Assembly (NCBI GenBank): GCA_963835575.1
Contig: CAWIGG010000004.1
Coordinates: 224,001-288,000 of the forward strand
Origin: an uncultured Spirochaetota bacterium
Lineage (GTDB): Bacteria; Spirochaetota; Brevinematia; Brevinematales; JAOACQ01
Direction of reading: 5' to 3'
DNA: 64,000 nt
This document shows positions 57,459-64,000 of this stretch, in pieces (positions within the stretch are counted from its first letter, which is position 1; every line of letters starts with the position of its first letter). The notes under the pieces are model-generated. The model ran no database searches, was not told the DNA's origin, and saw only the letters and a list, made by a program, of their open reading frames with translations. The position numbers and the translations under genes are program-made.

Positions 57459-60170
57459 ATGGCTGACACGATTATCAAAAAGAAAGAAGATATATTGCTT
57501 GATATTGAGGAAAAATTAAAGGAAGAGAAATGGACAAGGGCCGCCATAGAAAGCTACAGCGTCAAGAACTTTGTTGAACTTGACAGCGTCATACGGATGT
57601 CAATAGATGAAAATTTCAAGGATGAACTGAAGAATCTCTGTAAGGAAAACCTCAAGCATTATCAAAACAGTGTCGTGGGACTGTATATCATCGGGGTTCT
57701 TTCCCTTGAGGAATCATCCGTGGACGACACTCATATACCTCAGATCATCAAGCTTTTTATGGATAATAAAAAGCTTAAGATCGCCGAATTTCTGGCGGAA
57801 AAAATACTGTCATTTCGGGAAAATAAATTCGCGCTCAAAACCCTGGAGACTGTTTATGAAGATTACGGCAACCAGGATGAGCTTTTTAACATAAAAAAGA
57901 GACTGGTCCTGATCGACAGCCGGGACGCCGGCAACGCCAAATATCTGGGCGAGTTTTATGAAAAAGAGGATGATAAAGACCAGGCCATGTTTTACTATAG
58001 ACTGGCTATGGAACGCTATATAAAGGCAAAAAGCGTTAAGATGGTCGAAGAGCTCTGGAATAAAGTCATCAAGCTTAATCCCGAGGACGCGGACCTTGTC
58101 ATTATTATGTCCAGAAAGATCATAGACGTGCTTGGAGAAGAAAGAACGGCGGACATGGTCTTTAATGATTTTATCAGGCAGGCAATCAAAAATGAGAAAT
58201 ATAGAGAAGCCTTAAAAGTGCTGAAGGTCATAATCGATTTCAAGCAGGGAGAAAAGCAGTTCAGGAAAGCAATAGAAGACTGCTACAGAAATATTTACAA
58301 AGACCACAGCCAGCTTGAAAAATATTTAAAATTATCAGCTATCGGTCAGAGCTGGAAACCCCACAAAGAAGCTATACGGCTCTTTGAGACACATATCGCC
58401 TTCGACCAGGGTGTCTATATTTCTCATAAAAGCTGGGGAATAGGCCGGGTAAAGGAAATATCGAATGATAAAGTGATTATTGATTTTGAACAAAAGAAAA
58501 ACCATGAAATGTCCCTGGAAATTGCCCTGAGGGCCCTGGATATACTCGACCAGAACAATATCATAATCTGGAAGAAATTCAAAACAGAGGAATTAATAGC
58601 CTTACTCAGCGAAGATCCTCTTAAAGTTATTGAAATCGCGCTCCGCAGTAATAAAGGAGAAGTTTCAACTTCCGAAATAAAGAATTACTTTGTGCCGGAT
58701 TTAATGAAAGAAAGCGAATGGAATAAATGGTGGCTTCAAACCAAGAAACTGCTGGAAGGCAACGAAACCATTATTCAGAACCCGACAAAACGTAATATGA
58801 TTGAACTTCGCGATAACGAGCTCAGCATTGTCGAGGAGATTATCAGCAAATTCAAGAAAACAACGACATTTGAAAACAAAGTCAAACTTTTTGTGGACTT
58901 TGTACTCCGCGGAGGGAATGTCAATTCGGAATCGTCAGCGGCCCTTGTCAATTATTTTACAGAGATCATCAAGGCTTCCAGCGAGTCCAATGATAAGCAG
59001 CTTGTATCATTGGTTGCCCTTAAATATTCCAACTATGAAAAGTATAATGATAATGATGTGGACAGCTCCATTATTTTTGAAATTAAGAACCTCAATGATC
59101 TTTACGAATTAATTGATTCTGAAATTAAAAAACCTTTTCTCCAGCTGCTGATGAAGAAATTAAAGGACTGGGACATTAAATTTGCCGATATTATCATTCA
59201 TTCATCCGTGACTAAACTGAACCGCTATATGCTCAATGAACTGGAAATGTTTGAGAAATTCGATGTGATCAACAGTATTTTTGTCGCATCGATGAACTCT
59301 TTTCATGAAAACCCGGAATTATTCCTCTGGATTTCCAAAGTTCTTTTTGAGGAAAGCTCTTCAAACTTAAAGGATAAAATCGGGGTTAAAGAAAGCGAGG
59401 TTATGTTCCGGCTTCTTTCACTCATCGATATATTAAATGATGAAATTGATTCAAAAACGAACATCGCGAGAAACAAAAAAATCATTCAGGGGATCTATGA
59501 CCTTATATTCAAGAAAAAAATGCTTTCTGCTTTAATTGAACACTCTGATGAAACAACGGCAAAATCGGTCCTTTCGCTCCTGTATTCAACATTGACCCTG
59601 GAGGATGAAACAAGAGATGAATTTGTCAACCAGATTATCTCTCTCTTTCCTTCCCTCAAAAAGATCGACAAACAGGAGAAAATTTTCATCCGTCATCCGT
59701 TCCTTGTAACAAAAAGCTCTCTGGAAACAAAAAAGAGGGAAATGGCAAGGATTATGTCCGCGGATATTCCTGAAAACAGCCGGGCTATCGGCGAGGCTAT
59801 GGAGAAAGGCGATTTGAGGGAAAATGCCGAGTACAAAGCGGCGCTTGAAAAACAGGACCAGCTTAAGGCGGCCGCGTCCAAACTGGAAACTGAAATCAAT
59901 CAGGCCAAAGTTCTTGAGAAAAATAAGGTCAATAAAGCAATTGTTGATGTCGGCGTTAAGGCGATAGTGAAAAACCAGGAAGGCAAGCTTGAAGAATATC
60001 AAATCCTGGGACAATGGGATGTGGATTTTAAAAGAAATATCATTTCCTATCATTCGCCTCTCGGCAAAGCCCTGCTGGATAGAAAGATAGGAGACAAAAT
60101 TGATTTTGAATACAACGGAGAGCTGAAAAAGTTTGAGATAGTCAATATAGAAATGGCTGATTTTGATTAG
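57459..60170 (+). CDS. greA: Transcription elongation factor GreA, long form
   Basis: C-terminal IPENSRAI..A...GDLRENAEYKAA, ILGQWD, ISYHSPLG after a ~740-aa N-terminal region. Confidence 0.9.
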   Translation: MADTIIKKKEDILLDIEEKLKEEKWTRAAIESYSVKNFVELDSVIRMSIDENFKDELKNLCKENLKHYQNSVVGLYIIGVLSLEESSVDDTHIPQIIKLFMDNKKLKIAEFLAEKILSFRENKFALKTLETVYEDYGNQDELFNIKKRLVLIDSRDAGNAKYLGEFYEKEDDKDQAMFYYRLAMERYIKAKSVKMVEELWNKVIKLNPEDADLVIIMSRKIIDVLGEERTADMVFNDFIRQAIKNEKYREALKVLKVIIDFKQGEKQFRKAIEDCYRNIYKDHSQLEKYLKLSAIGQSWKPHKEAIRLFETHIAFDQGVYISHKSWGIGRVKEISNDKVIIDFEQKKNHEMSLEIALRALDILDQNNIIIWKKFKTEELIALLSEDPLKVIEIALRSNKGEVSTSEIKNYFVPDLMKESEWNKWWLQTKKLLEGNETIIQNPTKRNMIELRDNELSIVEEIISKFKKTTTFENKVKLFVDFVLRGGNVNSESSAALVNYFTEIIKASSESNDKQLVSLVALKYSNYEKYNDNDVDSSIIFEIKNLNDLYELIDSEIKKPFLQLLMKKLKDWDIKFADIIIHSSVTKLNRYMLNELEMFEKFDVINSIFVASMNSFHENPELFLWISKVLFEESSSNLKDKIGVKESEVMFRLLSLIDILNDEIDSKTNIARNKKIIQGIYDLIFKKKMLSALIEHSDETTAKSVLSLLYSTLTLEDETRDEFVNQIISLFPSLKKIDKQEKIFIRHPFLVTKSSLETKKREMARIMSADIPENSRAIGEAMEKGDLRENAEYKAALEKQDQLKAAASKLETEINQAKVLEKNKVNKAIVDVGVKAIVKNQEGKLEEYQILGQWDVDFKRNIISYHSPLGKALLDRKIGDKIDFEYNGELKKFEIVNIEMADFD

Positions 60171-60186
60171 GAGGAAGGAGCGCTTT

Positions 60187-61950
60187 ATGGAAGATACTGC
60201 AATCAAAAAAGAAAACAACATTTTTCAATTTTTATATCCGTCCGGCTATAATCCCTATAAAATCAAATGGTTTGATATTACCATTGCCTTAGCATTATTC
60301 TTAATTACTTTTATCGCTTATATGCTGACCCTGACGCCTTCCATGGGCGCCGGCGACAACGGCGAATTAACGACCACACTTTATAATATGGGCGCGGGCC
60401 ATCCGCCGGGATACCCTCTTTACGGCATATTGGGAAAACTTTTTACTTATCTTCCTTTCGGGGATATCGGCTACCGCGTGAATATATTTGTCGCTGTGGC
60501 CGGCGCGGGCGCTATTTTCTTTCTCTATTTATTGATTGTCAAACTGGCCGGTTTAAACCGCGATAAAGGCCGGATATCCCTGGATATCCATCTGCCTGCC
60601 ATCGCGGCATCATTTTTATTTGCCTTTTCCTATTCGCATTGGGGCCAGTCAACCGGCGGCGAAGTTTATCCGCTTAACGTGTTCCTGGTTTCTTTTATGC
60701 TTTATATCATGGTCCTCTGGTATGAGGAGATTATTCTGTTCCGCGGTGAGGAAAATCACCATTTCGCCGAAAGGATGACCCTGTTCCTGGCGTTTGTAAT
60801 GGGCCTTTCACTGACAGACCATATGCTTCCGTTATGGTATATTGTGGCATACTTTGCTGTACTTTTACCATTCTCAATTTTTATTATCTTTCAGGCCGGT
60901 TCCGGAAGGTTTAAAAAAGAATTCTCGGCGCGGATGCCCGGAATCGTTATTATGGGGTTTTTATTCCTCATCAGTGTCCTGATACTTATGAATTTTGCCA
61001 TCAGGAACAGGCTTCTCTATCCGCTGCATATGCCGATGGTTTTGATCGGTATTTTCCTGGTACCCGCCTATATTTCCCTTTACACAATAATTTTAAAAGT
61101 TAAAAAATCTTTTGGGATCAGCACAGCCGCAGTGGTATATGGGATATCCGTAATAGCCGGCATTGCGTCTTTTATAGCATTTTCCATTTTTGTGAATAAT
61201 AATCAGATCGTCCCTCAAACCAATCAGTACTTATTCGGTTTCAGTACGGCTGATAATTCCGGTCTTCAGCAGGGAATGATGCAGCAAACCCAGATAGATC
61301 CGATCATTGTCATCCTTGCCGCATTAGCCGTTGTTGTCATATTCTTCTTCGGGGTTTATGATTCCGTCATAAAGAAATCCGACATTGAATACGGGTGGGC
61401 GGATAAACTGATTGAAATACTGACCTACAGCGGCTGGCTTTTTATTTTTGCCATGACCATCTATCTCTACTGCATGGTCAGGGCCATCGCCATCGCGCCT
61501 CTTCCCGACCCGAAGCCGTTAAGCTGGGGGGATACTCAAACCCTGGATATCCTGCTCAATCATATGCTCCGGAAGCAGTACGGGCTGGGCGGCGGCAATG
61601 AACTCATTAATTTCACCGGTCAATTAAAGGCGCTCCTGGATTTTAATATCGAACAATTCGGCATTATCAATCTGGTTGTCGCTTTTATCGGGCTGATTTA
61701 CCTCTTTTTTAAAGAGCGTGTCTGGGCGATTTTCACATTTATCGCCATAGTATTTCTGGATGTGGCTTTGATTAAATTCATCAACTTTGAGCTGGACCCG
61801 CGCACCGTGTCTTTTCAAGAAGTATTTTTTATCCAGCAGTTTTTTATAGCGGCTGTTTATGCCGCTTTCGGTTATCAATTGATCTTGGATCTTTGCAGTA
61901 ACGGCATTTCCTGGTATAAAAAGAGAATAGTCAATAAAACTATAAAATAA
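60187..61950 (+). CDS. DUF2723 (TMEM260-like GT-C) membrane protein
   Basis: TLTPS..AGDNGEL, GHPPGYPLY, EVY.LN, LSWGD. Confidence 0.78.
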   Translation: MEDTAIKKENNIFQFLYPSGYNPYKIKWFDITIALALFLITFIAYMLTLTPSMGAGDNGELTTTLYNMGAGHPPGYPLYGILGKLFTYLPFGDIGYRVNIFVAVAGAGAIFFLYLLIVKLAGLNRDKGRISLDIHLPAIAASFLFAFSYSHWGQSTGGEVYPLNVFLVSFMLYIMVLWYEEIILFRGEENHHFAERMTLFLAFVMGLSLTDHMLPLWYIVAYFAVLLPFSIFIIFQAGSGRFKKEFSARMPGIVIMGFLFLISVLILMNFAIRNRLLYPLHMPMVLIGIFLVPAYISLYTIILKVKKSFGISTAAVVYGISVIAGIASFIAFSIFVNNNQIVPQTNQYLFGFSTADNSGLQQGMMQQTQIDPIIVILAALAVVVIFFFGVYDSVIKKSDIEYGWADKLIEILTYSGWLFIFAMTIYLYCMVRAIAIAPLPDPKPLSWGDTQTLDILLNHMLRKQYGLGGGNELINFTGQLKALLDFNIEQFGIINLVVAFIGLIYLFFKERVWAIFTFIAIVFLDVALIKFINFELDPRTVSFQEVFFIQQFFIAAVYAAFGYQLILDLCSNGISWYKKRIVNKTIK

Positions 61951-61962
61951 TAGGAGTTTCAT

Positions 61963-62229
61963 GTGGATATAATGTTTATAATCGGAATTTTAATTCAAAT
62001 AGCTGTAGGCATTGCTGCCGGATACTTTTATATAAAAGTAGTTAAACGGCCGGTATTGGGGAATTTCTGGGGCGCAGCTATCGTCGGCATCATAGGCGGC
62101 GTGCTGGGCGGTTTTTCGCTTAAATATATAACCTATTTTTTGGTCTTAAATCCGCTGGCTGTTGACTTTGTAGCCACATTAGCAGGTTCTTTTTTCCTGA
62201 TCTGGCTTTTTTCCAAACTCGCTCATTAA
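61963..62229 (+). CDS. Small membrane protein, GlsB/YeaQ/YmgE-like
   Basis: Gly-rich TM helices IVGIIGGVLGG. Confidence 0.6.
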   Translation: MDIMFIIGILIQIAVGIAAGYFYIKVVKRPVLGNFWGAAIVGIIGGVLGGFSLKYITYFLVLNPLAVDFVATLAGSFFLIWLFSKLAH

Positions 62230-62251
62230 TTAAATTCTGGAGGTTCCATAT

Positions 62252-62656
62252 ATGGCGAATGAATTAGATGATGTAAAGGTTGGTACAATCGGTATTAAGA
62301 AACCTTTTACCGTCACTCTTGAAATGCCGGTTTCAAAAGCGGCAGAGAAAATGCTGAGGGAAAAGGTCCATAGTTTAATCGTTGTCGACAAAACAGGCAA
62401 ACCGGTTGGCGTTGTTTCAGCCTGGGATGTTCTTAAAATAACTTTTTTATCTGAAAGCGCCCGTGAAATGCCTGTGACAAAACTCATTGAAGGACAAAAG
62501 CTCCTGTTTGTTTATACGGAAGTCAGCGTCCGTGACGCGCTCAATCTGATGATTGATAAGGGAATAAGAGCCCTTCCGATTTTAGACGAAGGCGATAATC
62601 TGGTCGGAAAAATCAGCCTGACCGATATTGCCCGATTTGTAAAAGAAAAGCTGTAA
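62252..62656 (+). CDS. CBS-pair domain protein
   Basis: Two CBS repeats (LIVVD..GKPVGVVS..D; LPILD...LVGKIS..D). Confidence 0.88.
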   Translation: MANELDDVKVGTIGIKKPFTVTLEMPVSKAAEKMLREKVHSLIVVDKTGKPVGVVSAWDVLKITFLSESAREMPVTKLIEGQKLLFVYTEVSVRDALNLMIDKGIRALPILDEGDNLVGKISLTDIARFVKEKL

Positions 62657-62662
62657 AGTACT

Positions 62663-62689
62663 AAGGGCGCAAAATAATGCGCCCTTTTT
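62663..62689 (+). terminator. Intrinsic terminator
   Basis: aagggcgca-aaataa-tgcgccctt followed by Ts. Confidence 0.75.
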
Positions 62690-62710
62690 ATTCCTTTTTA
62701 AGGAGAAAAC

Positions 62711-64000
62711 ATGGGAAGATATCTTGTGACATCAGCGCTGCCTTACGCCAACGGGCCGATCCACCTGGGCCATCTTGCCGGAGCCTATCTGCCGGCCGAT
62801 ATTTTCGTCCGATACAGAAAGCTTAACGGTGATGATGTTGTATACATCTGCGGCAGCGATGAACATGGCGTGCCCATTACAATCCGCGCTGAAAAAGAAG
62901 GCGTCAGCCCCCGGGCTATCGTGGACAAATACCATAAGGAAATGCACGAAAGCTTTAAAAAAATGCGCATAGACTTCGATAATTTCTCGGGAACCGCGCG
63001 GCCGAAGCATTATGAGATTTCCCAGCGCTTTTTCCTTGATTTATATGAAAATAATCATATAATGGTAAAAACAGAAGAACAGTTTTTTGATGAAAAGCAG
63101 AAACGTTTTCTTCCAGACCGCTATATTGAAGGCAATTGCCCGCATTGCGGCTACGACAAAGCGCGGGGCGACCAGTGCGACAAATGCGGCCGCCTGCTCA
63201 ATCCTGTGGATCTTATTAATCCAAAAAGCGTTTTATCCGGGGAAAAACCTGTTATTAAAAAAACCCAGCACTGGTATCTCAAGCTTCAGGACTTCGAGGA
63301 TAAAATTATTACCTGGATTAAATCCAAGGAAAATTGGAAAGACAATGTCCGCAATTTTGTCCTGGGCTGGATTGATAAGGAAGGCCTCCGGGAAAGGGCC
63401 ATCACGCGCGACATCGACTGGGGCATTCCGGTCCCTTTAAAAGACAAGGAAGCCAAAGGAAAGGTTTTGTATGTCTGGTTTGACGCCCCGATCGGCTATA
63501 TTTCCTCAACGGTTGAATGGGCGGAAAAAACAGGCCAGCCTGAAAAATGGAAGGAATACTGGTTAAACCAGGATACCAGGCTGATCCATTTTATCGGCAA
63601 AGACAATATTCCTTTCCATGCCGTGATATGGCCCGCGGTATTGATGGGACAAAATCAGGGATATGTGCTTCCATATGATATACCCGCCAACGAATACCTG
63701 ACGCTTGAAGGCGAGAAATTATCAACTTCTCAGAATTGGGCCGTCTGGGTTGATGAATACCTGGAAAACTTTCCTCCCGATCCTCTCCGTTATTTTCTCT
63801 CATCCAACGCCCCTGAAACAAAAGACGCGGATTTTTCCTGGAAGTCTTTTCAGGCAAGGAATAACGATGAACTATCCAATATTCTGGGTAATTTTGCCAA
63901 CAGGACGCTGACCTTTATAAAAAGTAACTGCAAGGGGGTTATACCCGCCGGGGAATATTCATTTGAAGATGAAACAACATTTTCATTCCTGGATAAAAAA
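62711..64000 (+). CDS. metG: Methionine--tRNA ligase (runs off the window end)
   Basis: Not in the ORF track; manual translation MGRYLVTSALPYANGPIHLGH, GSDEHG, CPHC/CDKC knuckle, YVWFDAPIGY, FIGKDNIPFH, KLSTS. Confidence 0.96.
   Translation, partial: MGRYLVTSALPYANGPIHLGHLAGAYLPADIFVRYRKLNGDDVVYICGSDEHGVPITIRAEKEGVSPRAIVDKYHKEMHESFKKMRIDFDNFSGTARPKHYEISQRFFLDLYENNHIMVKTEEQFFDEKQKRFLPDRYIEGNCPHCGYDKARGDQCDKCGRLLNPVDLINPKSVLSGEKPVIKKTQHWYLKLQDFEDKIITWIKSKENWKDNVRNFVLGWIDKEGLRERAITRDIDWGIPVPLKDKEAKGKVLYVWFDAPIGYISSTVEWAEKTGQPEKWKEYWLNQDTRLIHFIGKDNIPFHAVIWPAVLMGQNQGYVLPYDIPANEYLTLEGEKLSTSQNWAVWVDEYLENFPPDPLRYFLSSNAPETKDADFSWKSFQARNNDELSNILGNFANRTLTFIKSNCKGVIPAGEYSFEDETTFSFLDKK

Noticed and set aside
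59586..60221. 211-aa minus-strand ORF
   Set aside because: Antisense shadow of greA
62732..63911. Several short ORFs in the track
   Set aside because: Alternative-frame or antisense shadows of metG, which the track misses because it runs off the window

Overview
Bacterial chromosomal window, most likely from a spirochaete (periplasmic-flagellum collar gene flbB and the long spirochaete/chlamydial-type GreA; a Brevinematales-like lineage is a guess). The left end holds flagellar genes (fliJ, a lytic transglycosylase, flbB). About 2-36.8 kb is a mosaic accessory region. It contains cstA; complete IS21, IS256 and IS1380 elements; remnants of IS91- and IS1634-type transposases; a MITE; and a probable group II intron 5' fragment. 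It also carries an AT-rich three-gene operon (m4C-type DNA methyltransferase, SIR2-like protein, DUF262 protein) that is a candidate undescribed anti-phage system. A ~1.7-kb direct duplication of a DUF3494 ice-binding lipoprotein module, each copy with a sigma54 promoter and a Met-Arg-stop minigene, brackets an ~8-kb signalling cluster built partly from near-identical PAS and receiver DNA cassettes. From ~37 kb onward the content is mostly housekeeping: sugar ABC transporter, rsmG, ogt, rlmB, an EAL protein, rpsF-ssb-rpsR-rplI-dnaB, mlaEFD, rhomboid, purD, greA and partial metG. No rRNA, tRNA or CRISPR array was recognised. All family assignments come from motif recognition by eye, not database searches.
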